Shown here in pieces: positions 30,127-42,473 of a stretch of DNA of 64,000 nucleotides (position 1 is its first letter; each line of letters starts with the position of its first letter). The position numbers were made by a program, and so were the translations under genes. The stretch comes from the human T2T-CHM13v2.0 reference genome, Homo sapiens. The DNA lies in assembly GCF_009914755.1 (NCBI RefSeq), contig NC_060929.1. One strand, given 5' to 3'. The notes beneath the pieces were generated by a model. The model searched no databases. It saw nothing but the letters and a program-made list of their open reading frames with translations, and was not told the DNA's origin.

Positions 30127-33100
30127 AAATGGTTACAATTGTGGACATTTCAGGTGTCTCTTGGTTTCTTTTCATTCTTTTTATATATTGTCTCATTTTT
30201 TCTGGGCCCATCTTTTGAACCAATAACAGGAAATAGTAACCAAGACACACTACTGATATTTGGAGTTCTGAATAAGTGGCCTAAAGACAGGATTCACTAG
30301 ACATACCATATTGTTTCCATATAATGGCAAGCAATATTTTGTCAATTATTTTATTGCTCCATAAAATAAGTAAGCATCTTTCCAACTTCTACTGTCTATC
30401 CCTGAGACAAATGTCATACATACATATTTGTTGTAGCAAGTCCACGTATACAATTGCTGATTTCTATACCAGGTAGTTAATAATGTGGTAAAAAATGAAA
30501 CTTATAATAGTAAAAATTTATTTATTGTTATATAATTAGGTTGGAATGGGCTTAGTATGAAAAAACCCACAAATATTTTGAAAAAAATAATTCAATTTAC
30601 TTACCATAAAAAATTTTGTATATATTATTAGTCTTTTATAAGAACTAGGCTTTGACAACTGGCTTTTTAAAATATATATTTGTTTCATATTTCCCTAATT
30701 TCTTCTCTTTCATTGCCTTGTTTAAAGTCCACTTAGTTTATTTGGTTAGCTTCTTCAATATCAACAATTACACTAATTTTTAGTATTATTTTCTAATTTA
30801 AACATGTAAAGCTTTTTCAAGCAATCACATCCAAACATTACTCAGGCATTATATTTTTATTACTCTTAGTATTTTCTAATTCTAATACATTTCTAATTTT
30901 AATATTCTTCCACTCATAAATTATCATTGTGTTGAATAATTTTCAAACACTCTAATTTTTCTTGTGTTATTGATACCTAAATTAATCATAATGTCCTAGA
31001 GAATGTCAGCAATATGGTAACATTTTGTTGAAATACAAAAATCTCTCCTTTGTTTTATAATTTCATTTTGTGAGCTCATTTTCAGTTGAGCTTAGTAGAA
31101 CCTGTGAAACTTGACAGTATATTCTTCAGAGAATATTGCATTTTTTTATTACAGGTTCTGAGGTTGCTAGATACCCAGGGCTAATTTCAGTTTATCATAT
31201 TTTTTCTGAGTTTGGGGATAGCAGTTAGTGAAAATGCAGAAATTAGATGTATTAAAGGGTACTTCTATGATTATAAATTTCTCAGGGTACCTTTTTGTTA
31301 TACATTGCTCAGGTGCACAAAGATTTCTTCCTTATCATCTCATTTGTTTCTGTGACCTGTTCTTTTTAAGACTGTCCTTTTTTTCTTTTTTTTGGTTCTG
31401 TGACTGCCTGTGACGGTGTTTCCCATTCAAAATACTAACTTTTTAAAGGTCCATGCCTTCTCTCAGTTTCTAGGGTAAGCTTTAAATATGTTACCCTCTA
31501 GTGTACCGAAATAAACAAAATCCTCTAGAGCAGCTCAAATGTATATTTCAGCTTGAAAGTCTGATTTCCATCCCTCTTTTTCAATCTTAGTTGTTGCTTT
31601 TACTTTTTTTGTCAGAAAAAAAGCTTAAAAAGTTTTATATTTAATGTGCATTTTTACTTGTTTTTTTAGTGACAAATTTTTGGTTTTGTGTTTCAGGATA
31701 CTGGATATCCAGGAATAGAATTTTCCTTATTAATTTTCTACAGTAGAATATTGAAATTACTAAATATTAGAGTCAAAATGTTCTCAAAAATTAATTGGAA
31801 TAACTTTTCTCTCAGTGCCAGAGTTCATTCTGTAATACCTCTGCCAGATAATTATCTGTCATCTGCTTAAATACCATGAGACACATCCTGTATCATGGTG
31901 GAATATGAATGTTTCAAAATTTTCCATATATTAAGGCTTAATCTTCTTCTCTTTAAGTTATATCTTTGAGTCTTCTACTATCTTTGTTTTCCATATATGG
32001 AATTCATTTGCATTTGAAGTCAACTTTCATTCTCATAATCCTATTCTTGCAAAACAAATAACATAAACCTACATGACCAATATTTGGAGCACTTAGGAAA
32101 AAGAAGCAACACATCGCAAAATTTATGATACATGGTTTTGGACTTGTCACCACAACAGCTTTGAGGACCAAGGACAATCATAAAATTGTTGAGTCAAAGA
32201 ATAGTGAAATACACAATAATCAAGGTTCTGGAATCATGTTTTAGCATTTAAAAACACTTTAAAATAGATGTTACAAAATAACCACCTTTTAAGAAAAAGT
32301 TTAAAAAAAAATATGAGTTTTATACATTTTGCAAAGGTAAGCAAACCAGGTTCAGATGAAGCAGTGAGACAAAAACTTCTGAAAATGGACATTCTCTAAG
32401 GAAAACTCCCACGTATAGAAATAGAGAACAGTCAGCAGGAGACTCAGGACTGGTCCTAATTGACATTTCAGGCCACACACACAAAAAAAGCTGACTTCTA
32501 GAATAATCTTATGAAAGGCCTAGAAACCCAAAATACTATGCACTTGTTCTGATGACCTGCTCTCAATAATAAGAGAAGGCTAAATCATTAGGCTATAGGT
32601 GTAAGTTAAATGCATTTAAGAATTTATAAAGCAAAGTTAATCCTACATACAATACAAGGTGGAAATAAGATAAACTAAGAGCAAGGAAAACATTTCAGAA
32701 GGTCTGGATTCCTGTGATTTTTATTTCTTTAAAAAATTCAAAGGCGACCTTGCTTTTGGATATTTATAGAGTGTCTGTTGGCTCACATTCAAGTCCAACT
32801 CTTAACTCCCTTAGGATCAATTCACTTCAAAGTAAAATTCAAAGGTGGTGCAAAAAGTATTTTAAAACACCTATCAAGATGTCAGTTGAATTTTTCACAT
32901 GTCTTATTAGATGCTGAGTATGGTGTGGTAAATTTACAATGCTTTTCTTTTTTATAGCCTTGGGGTATTTATTTTTATTGATTTACAAAATATACATAGA
33001 GAACACATTATGCCACTACCAGATGCATACTTAAGTTTCCTCTACCTCCTGGTATAAAAAAATATAAAATATCCTGTAGAATGGCAAAAGTATTTTAAAA

Positions 33101-33355
33101 TACATTGTGAGAAAATAAGCTGACATATACATTTTAATGGATTGATATTCCCAGGCCATTTTCTTATTTTGAATTCAGCTCGTAATCAAAGAATATATGT
33201 CTTTTGAAATTACCTTCCCTTTACTGATATCCACAAAACCTGAAATAGTCCTCCAGTCTTTTCTGGTTTAAATTTTTGCAAAGGAATGTAGCTTCTTATC
33301 AAACAGATAAAATTATCATGCATTTAAATCATGGATTATTATGAAATTTCATCTA

Positions 33356-33902
33356 CAGTTATCCCCCCCATATCTGCACTTTTACTTTCCATGGTTTCAC
33401 AGTTACCCATAGTCAAGGCTGTCTGAAAATATTCCATTGAAATTTCCAGAAATAAGCAATTCATAAGTTTTAAATTGCATGCCATTCTGAGTAGTGGGAT
33501 GGAATCTTGTGCAGTCCTGCTCCGTCAGACCCAGGACATGAAGCATCCTTCGGTCCAATGTGTCCACATCATCTAACTACCCACCAGTTAGTCACTTGGT
33601 AGCTGTCCCACTTATCAGATTGACTGCTGTGGTAACACAGTGTTTGTGTTCAAGCAACCTTCATTTTACTTAATAAGGGCCCCAAAGCACATGAGTAGAG
33701 ATGCTGAAATGTTGTTATAATTATTCTATTATTAGTTATTACTGTTAATCTCTTACTGTGCCTAGTTTATAAGTTAAACATTATCATAGGTATGTATACA
33801 TAGGAAAAGTCTTAGTATATATAGGGTTCAGTACTATCTATTGTTTCAGGCATTCACTGGGGATTTTATAATTTATCTCCTGTGGATGAGGTGGGAGCTA
33901 TG
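33356..33902 (+). mobile_element. MER44B-like (Tigger7) DNA transposon
   Basis: cagttatccccccatatc...ccagaaataagcaattcataagttttaaattgcatgccattctgagtag...gggttcagtactatc...gtggatgaggtgggag. Confidence 0.85.
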
Positions 33903-34729
33903 TTAGAGCCACTCGTATTGAAAATGAAAATGAGACTTCATTATAGATGTAGCTTTATTTCTTAGCCACTATATGTCTTTGTTCCAATTCTTTCTGTTTT
34001 ACTTTCAGACTATATCAACATGAGTTTATAGGTCATTGAATGAACGTTTGTTACTGGATATATTCTGGTCATTAATTTGCTTAATCAATCAGTATGAATT
34101 AACTAACAAGTTTTTGATGTTCACATATTAGCCATTCTAGATTTCACTGTGAGTTAATGTCTAGCAAGATCTTAGTATTAGAAAATTCATAGTCATATGT
34201 TTAATTTTTTTATATTTTATTTACTTCTTGGAGATTCACAATGAATTTTATGACATTATACCAATGATACCTTTTGTCCTGAAGGTATATATCTTTAAAA
34301 CTTATTTAATCCAGTGTTTTCTTAATTTATTTGCAATGGAAAACATACTAAAAACTTAGTCTTCTAATGCTTTTCTATGTTCAACTTGAGAAATGCCTCC
34401 ACATTGTAATCAAAATCCATATAAATTCAGCAAACTAAACATTAAATTAATATATAAATGAATTATCAATTAATACATATTTACATTATATTAATATATA
34501 TGTATACATATTTCAACACATTATAACCAAATGAAAGCATTTATACTTGATTGATGGAAGAGACAAATTAACATCAATATAAAATCTATGCCTTTACTAA
34601 CTTAACAAATGAGCCCTACCTTGTATGTATAGAAATTAACTAGCCTATTAACTATATGAGAAAATTGCATATCTAGAGATCATATCATGAAAAAGAGAGT
34701 GGAGTACATTGAGGAACATTGAGAGTCCA

Positions 34730-36480
34730 TTGAGAAGACTATGGCAGTTATACTATATGGATTAAAAGATAGTTTGGTTCCATGCAAAGCTGGAGAGGCA
34801 GATGACAATTAGACTATTCAGGATTTTGATAATAAGATTAAGGCTTTGGAATTTAAGGGAAACTAAAAGGCCAATCAAATGATTTTAAGCTAAATATCTT
34901 AAGTTTTCTAAACTTTTTAATTATTTTTTTCTCTAGTTTAAAAAATGAATTTGAAGGGGACAGAAATGAGTGTGGGGGGTCTGATTAAGTTACTTTTGCA
35001 ATAGACTGGACTAGAGAGGATAATAAGGGAGTGGTTTAAGGGTGTCAATATGTGGTCTTTATATTTTGAATTTTAAAAATGCGTTATACACATATATATG
35101 TTTGCTTATTAGATATATGGGTGTGTGCGTGTGTGTGTGTATATATATATTTCTCTCAAAAAGAGAGATACACCCATGATTTTTAATTTTCTGTATTAAG
35201 CATCAGATCAGTGTCACATACTGAGAAGAGAAATAGTAGACAAGGATGAGGTTTTAGTGAATATTTCATGTCAGTTTTCAGTTTTACTCAAGTCAGTAAG
35301 AATCAAATAAAGTTTTCCAATTGTTCAGTTATACATAACTACATAAATAATCTTGGAATCATCCTTGACTCTAATTTTTCTCATATATTAAGGCAGAACC
35401 ACCATTTCAACCTTCATCAATATTAGCATCCTAAAACATATCAGCAACTCTACTGCTCACAGATTGTTTAAAGCACTTCATCTCTTGCTTAATTTATTGC
35501 AGTGGCATTCTAACTATTCTACCTCCTTCTGTGATGCCTTGAATCACAAAGGGCAACTCGAAATATATCTTGTTAAAATGTAAGGCAGTCATTGTAATTC
35601 CTCTGCTCAATAACTTCCAATCTTATTCACAATAAAAATCAAACCACTTATAATGATGCATAAGGTCCTCCTAATCAGGGCTCCCATTACTCCCTTGATG
35701 TTATCATTTTCTTCTATCTCCTTAGCCTTCTAGTAATGTCCTTCAATAATCACTTGTCTGCCTCTGGGCCTTTGTACTTATATCTTTTGTACTTGTATAT
35801 TTTGACTGAATAGGTCTTTCCCAAGGTGACCCCAAAGCTATTTGTTTCACCTCCTTCAAACTTTTTACACAGAAGTGCCTTCCTTGGCTACTCCATCAAA
35901 AATTACAAGCGTTCTTAAACCTCTTAATCCTTTCCTCAGTTAATATTGAGCCAATGATAAATTATTAATAAATACATAACAGCTATTTAGTCTGTTTTAT
36001 CCTTTGAAATAGTACCTTAACTACATACGAGACAAAATTTTATTTTATATTGTTTTCTTTCTGTTTTGTTCACTGGCTGTTACATCCCCTATACACATAC
36101 TAGGCACTCAATAAATACTTTTTAATGAGTGGATGGATGCATGCATGAATATGTTGAGATAGAACTGCCTGCAAGATATCCAAAGAATTTTGTAAAGTGT
36201 ACCTGTAGATATGGAAGCTTGGAGCTCAGAAGACAATCTTTGATGGAGATATAGCTTTGTCTATTCTAAGTAAGTTAATATTGGTTTGAATTGTAGTATA
36301 AAATACAATCATCTAGCAAGGAAGTATAGAATTAGAAAGAGACTCTATAATAACTTCTGCGTAACTGCAACATCTAATGATGTGTAGAAGCATGAAATGA
36401 TGACATATGGGTCTCAAAACAAGGGTTCAGAAATAAAATAAAATAAAATCCAGGTTTGTATGATCATGGAAATCAAGGAT
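34730..36480. mobile_element. Nested L2 fragments (minus-strand L2 interrupted by plus-strand L2 at about 35310-36150)
   Basis: Plus piece: cttggaatcatccttgactc...taggcactcaataaatactttttaatgagtggatggatg. Minus pieces: ggctttggaattt...gattttaagc and ggagctcagaagac...ggagatatag. Confidence 0.65.
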
Positions 36481-36689
36481 TGACAGTTAACAAACTCACT
36501 GACAGTCACTGACAGTCACAAACACTGTCAATGCCCCACTCTTGTAACTTCAGCACACACTTGCACATGACAAAATTTTTTTACTTCAAACAACTATGAC
36601 TCTCTTCTACGTGACTGTGAAAACTCTTTCAGTATAGAGTAAGCCAGAGACGTGTGTTTGTGTTACAGAGAGGGAGGAGAGACAGGGTG

Positions 36690-36918
36690 TTAGTTAAAGG
36701 CCTGGGAAGGGTGGACAGGGAGTTAGTGGATCAGTCATCCAATGTCTTTGCTCCAATTGACCACAAGGGCCACTGCATCCTCTATTTTGTCTTCTTTCCC
36801 TTTGCTTACTGATTTCCCTAACTCTCCCATACCAGAGTAACATTCTCTGGATTCTCAGTACTTTATTTGCACTCAAATTTTCATCTCAGGATTTGTTTCT
36901 GTGAAAGCCTGAGCCAAA
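36690..36918 (+). mobile_element. ERVL LTR (LTR16/LTR33-like) 3' part
   Basis: ttatttgcactcaaattttcatctcaggatttgtttctg resembles the LTR16/33 U5 end. Confidence 0.5.
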
Positions 36919-37949
36919 TTTTATATCTTTTAAAAAATCCCTTATTGTGGTTAGTTTTGAACTCTACTGAATGGTCTTCCAGAATAACGGCTCCCGTCAT
37001 TTCTAAGGGGACGCACCTGAGAAATGTGTTAAGGATTAAGATGCTAGTGCTAGATGTTTGATTTTCTGAATCGAACCACTATTGGTGAGATCCAGAAGCT
37101 CAAAGACATGATATACCCACCTTCAAATAATGTTTATGTAGGTAATCTATTCTCAGGATTTATAGACACTGCTGTTAAGACCTATTGTCATTGGGGTAAA
37201 AAAAAATCCTTATTATATTATACAAATTATTATATACTATTATATTATAGAAATTATATTTCTATTAAATAGCTTGTGTAGAAAGTAACCATATATAGTT
37301 AGAAAAACACTGATCTCAAGAACAGGATTTTAGATTTGACTCTGACAATTTCTGTTCGGTCTTGTATAAATGTATCAATTTAGATTTAGGGCTTTATTTT
37401 CTAATCCATAAAATGTGTAGCATACTTCTGCTAGCTATACATTTACTGAAGTTATTATTTTAAACTATTTTTATTTTCATTTTTTTGTTTTGAGTTATAA
37501 TCATAATTAATGGATTCAAGTGACAGAGAAAAGAAAGTAATTAGTCATCTTTTTTCAGAATACAGTCTTTGTTCTGAAGGTATTTCATATGAATCAAGTT
37601 TCAAATCTTCAGATAAATTTTCACCTTGCCAATGTGCTTTCTGCTCTAAATCATTCCTGAATTTTGCTATGATTTTTCTTTCTTATAAAATCTTGACACT
37701 AAATTGTCAGGAGATATACATATATGTACATATGTAAAATATATATATCATATATAAATATATATAAATTTTGAGTTAAAGTACTATTACAGTATTCAAT
37801 TCTATCAGTAATTCTAATAGTATGAAAATAAAGTCACCAGTTGAAGTAAGACCTACTGACACCTTCTATTATATTTCGATAATTCTATTTGAAACTAATT
37901 ATATAGTAGGACATTTTCATTGTTTTCAGTATTAACTGGCACTCATGTA

Positions 37950-38310
37950 GATATTGCAGGCCAAATTTTACCTCTACCTTTTGGAATTTTCTGGGGTAGA
38001 CTTGAGAATTAAACTGACATAAGACAGATTAACAGGAGAAAAGCGTACAAGTTTATTAAATAGAAGTTTTGCAGCCGGGCGCGCTGGCTCACGCTTGTAA
38101 TCCTGGCACTTTGGGAGGCCGAGGCGGGCAGATCACGAGGTCAGGAGATCGAGACCACGGTGAAACCCCGTCTCTACTAAAAATACAACAAATTAGCCAG
38201 GCGTGGTAGCGAGGCAGGAGAATGGTGTGAACCCGGGAGGCGGAGCTTGCCTCTGCACTCCAGATCATGCCACTGCACTCCAGCCTGGGTGACAGACCAA
38301 GACTCCGTCT

Positions 38311-38352
<42 letters not shown>

Positions 38353-38783
38353 AGTTTTGCATGACATGGGAACCCTCATAAAAAAAGTGAAGTCCCAAAA
38401 AAGTGGCAAAATCTAAATGCTTTTATATTATGTTGACGAAAGAGGGGCAATTGTGGAAAAGTAACTAAATTATGAGGGTTAGGCTAACAGAAGATAAAAA
38501 TTATTTTAACAAGTTCTGTTTGTATAAAATTTTCTCAATTTCAGCTACCCATCCTTGATGATTAGAATGTTGCATTCCTTCTGGTATACAAGGAACATCT
38601 TCCATATGGGGGTTTTATCTTCTGCTTTCAGAAAAAAAAAATAACTCTGTGTGTGGTAGGATGAAGGTGTCAGAACATTCTTCTTGCACCTGCTGGTTGC
38701 TATCTTTTTAAACTGCATTTGTTTCAAAACAATCCTTATGACAAAGGGGTGTATTTTGGGGTGGCATATTCTGTCACCCGTCA
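37950..38783 (-). mobile_element. MER34-family ERV1 LTR, interrupted by an Alu
   Basis: aattaaactgacataagacagattaacaggagaaaagc...aatccttatgacaaaggggtgtattttggggtggcatattctg. Confidence 0.8.
38074..38350 (+). mobile_element. AluYd-type SINE with private internal rearrangements
   Basis: 12-bp left-arm deletion (gagacca|cggtgaaac), cacgcTtgtaa, pure A39 tail, TSD agaagttttgca (38062-38073 / 38350-38361). Confidence 0.92.
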
Positions 38784-39294
38784 ATATCAAAGTGGTTTTT
38801 GAGTTTGTGCTCATCTTCTTTCCTTATTCTGTTCCTTGTAAGGTAAGACTAAATATAATGGAATTTGCCGTCACATGTCTCTTATATGTAGTGAGTTTTA
38901 ACAGGCATTCCAGGAAATGCCATATGGTCTTTTAGCTTGGAAATTATTTTAGAAAACGATAAAATCTTTAGTGTGAAGTTATTTCCCAGATATGTATCGC
39001 TAAAATTATCATTACAGGTGCTCTAGGTAATATGTTTGCTTATTAAATAAGAAGTAATTTATATTACATGTAGAAGATTTAAAAATGGTGAATATAATTT
39101 GTTACAGAAATTATAATTTAATCACCATTATTATATATGACAAAGATAGATTTTTATAATGATTCAAGACCAGTTAAAGAAAATAGATATACATTTCTTT
39201 ATATTTATTTAAAAAATAAATTTTTTTTAGAATTAGAAATTTTTAAAGGTGAGTCTCCTTACCATCTATATTATGTAAAAATTAAGAATAAATA

Positions 39295-39593
39295 AGCTGG
39301 GCGCGGTGGCTCACGCCTGTAATCCCAGCACTTTGGGAAGCCAAGGCAGGTGGATCATGAGGTCAGGAGATCGAGACCATCCTGGCTAACATGGTGACAC
39401 CCAGCCTCTACTAAAAATACAAAAAATTAGCCGGGCGTGGTGGCAGGCGCCTGTAGTCCCAGCTACTCAGGACACTGAGGCAGGAGAATGATGTGAACTC
39501 GGGAGGCAGAGCTTGCGGTGAGCCAAGATCATGTCACTGCACTCCAGCCCAGGAGACAGAGTGAGACTCCGTCTCAACAACAACAACAACAAA
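39295..39593 (+). mobile_element. AluY SINE with (AAC)n tail
   Basis: aggagatcgagaccatcctggctaac...gagcttgc; TSD aagaataaata (39284-39294 / 39594-39604). Confidence 0.95.
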
Positions 39594-40484
39594 AAGAATA
39601 AATATTTGAAGAAATTGAATAATTTATTTAAAAGTAGTTTTCTCCATGTTTTCATATGTACAGGGATTTACATTCTTAATGGAATATCCTTTTGTAAAAA
39701 GAAAAATATGTAGCCCAAAAAAACATCCAACAAAATGGTTAGAAAATATAATCTTTAGTACTCATGGCTTATTTATTTCTCAATTTCTCAATTCATTTTG
39801 TGCATTGTTTCGAAATGTCATGTAATTGTATGCTAATTTTAATTATTCAGCAGTGTAACTTTTAACTCCCGTAGTGAAAAAAAAGAGAGCAAATTTACAA
39901 AGGACAAGCATACATTTGTGAGTCTCTCAGGCTGCCTCTCACATTTCATACAAACAAGGAAAGAGTAGTTTCAGTTTTACCAAGTTTTCTGTGCTTTTTT
40001 GACCTTAAGCATTATCATGTAAAGTCAGAATCTTCTAATTCACACTTTCTTTTGCCAACAGCCCACTCATCATACCATGTCCCTCCAGCTAAGTGGAGTA
40101 TTAAAGACTTCATTTCTTGAGAATCATGGACTGTCACAAAAATGGAAAAACTAAGGTCTGAGGAGGCTGAGTTGCTTACTCAGTGCTATAAAGCATATCA
40201 ATTTACAGATTTAAAGTAAGGACTGGGACTATGCAGTCCCTTTCTGTTGTCGTCCTAATGATATCAGTAAAATACGAATAGGTTGAGATTTGAAAAAGCC
40301 CTTTGGAGATTCTATTGAAGTCTTAATATTAGTATGAGTTCATATTTGTGCTCAGTAATTAGATTCATGGTGAGCTTTAGAAAACATATATTTTAGCATT
40401 ATTTCCAAGGAAGACACCTAAAAAATGGTACCTCAATCAGAATATAGTAAGCTTGGATTTTGTTCTCAACTATTTTCATATTAG

Positions 40485-40796
<312 letters not shown>

Positions 40797-42473
40797 AAAC
40801 TTTGTAATTTAATAATATTCCACCTATACCACAAACTGGCTGTGCATATCAAGACAAAAATATGCTTAAAAATTCACTAGAAATTTTGAATTATCTATTT
40901 ATTTGTTTATACTGACTTTTTTTACACATTTTTCTTTGTAGTTCCTTGTAGCTTTTTGTTTGGTCTAAATACTTGCTAAGATGGTAAAAAACTAAAGTTT
41001 CATTCCATTGTTTAAATTACTGAATTTCTTAATATCAGAAGAGCTTCAGCTATATGAGTCAATAGAAAGTAGACAGTTCCACAAGCAAAAATATATAGAT
41101 ATATACTTTGTATCTTTTATTATGTTGTGCATAAAAAATAGCCCATGACCGATAACTTAGGAAGAGCTCAAATATGTTATTAATTATAATATTATTAACC
41201 AGAGGAGGAAGAAGATAAGAACAGTAATCAGAAATAATTTTATGGAGCATACATTAGGACACACCAACTCCGAAAGCAAAGAGCTTCAGAAGGCTAGCTC
41301 GATGTCCCCAAGTATGGTTGAGGAAAGCAACTACAATGCAGTTAAACAGCCGAGGAATAAATGCTTTTCAAAGCACTGTTTCTGCAAATGAACTAAAATG
41401 TAGAGTATTTTGAGGTCCCCAATAAAGAGACCGATGTGATTCCAAGATTAATTTAGAGTAGCATAACAGAGCAGATTCTTTGTGATGGGTATGAATTTCA
41501 TACCTTGGCTAAGGAAACAGGAGGAGAAATGAAAAAGAAAATTCAATTCTCTACCGTATATAAAAATAAATAATTTAAAAAATAAGATGACAATGGTTAT
41601 TAAAAAAAAAAAACTTACATAGTCAAGAAACCTGAAAATGCTCCCTAAGACAAATTTAATGAATTTCTGAAAATATAAAGCTTTTGCTGCCATGTTTGGT
41701 CACAACACTTTGATTTAAACTTGGGTGTCCCCTATAGCCAAGATATTAATCAGACTGTCCACCATGAGCTTAAGAGAGGGACTAAAATAAACAGTTTCAT
41801 TTCAGCTCTCCAAGAGAGGTTGGTTTGCATCTTGCTACCTTAGTATTGGTCCAGTGAAGGGCCAGGAGAATCAAGAGAGCTTTACTGCTTTCTAGCTGCC
41901 CCAGGGAAAATATGATGAAAAACGTCATACTCAAGAGTTGTTCAATCAACAATCTGTCAAATTACCAATAGGCTAGAGAAGCAATAGAATATCAAGTATA
42001 TCCTATCTAAGGTATTATTATCATTATTATGAATCTCGCTGTTTGTACTTAATAAATTACATTGAGTCAATCTTATGAAAAACACTTGCTACTTTAATTG
42101 CTTCTAAATGTAGCAATTTAATAGCATTGGATTCTAATTACTACTCATCTGTAATCCAATACAACATCACATTTTTAAAAATTCCCTAAAAAAATTTAGT
42201 CACATGCACATATATGTATGTGTATTTGTAAAAATAAAATTAAGGAATAGCTTATGATCAATTTTATGCATCCTATATGGTTAGAAAAGGCTGGGATACA
42301 TATTGATTATTGGCAAATTTGCAAATATAGAAAACCAAAGTGTTTTTTCTCCTCACATAATAACCATATATTCTTAATAGATTATAATCTTTTAGCCTCG
42401 TATTATTGATTTATATTTAAAATTTCTATGGATAATATGTGGAAGTAGACACACATAAAGAATAATTACATTA

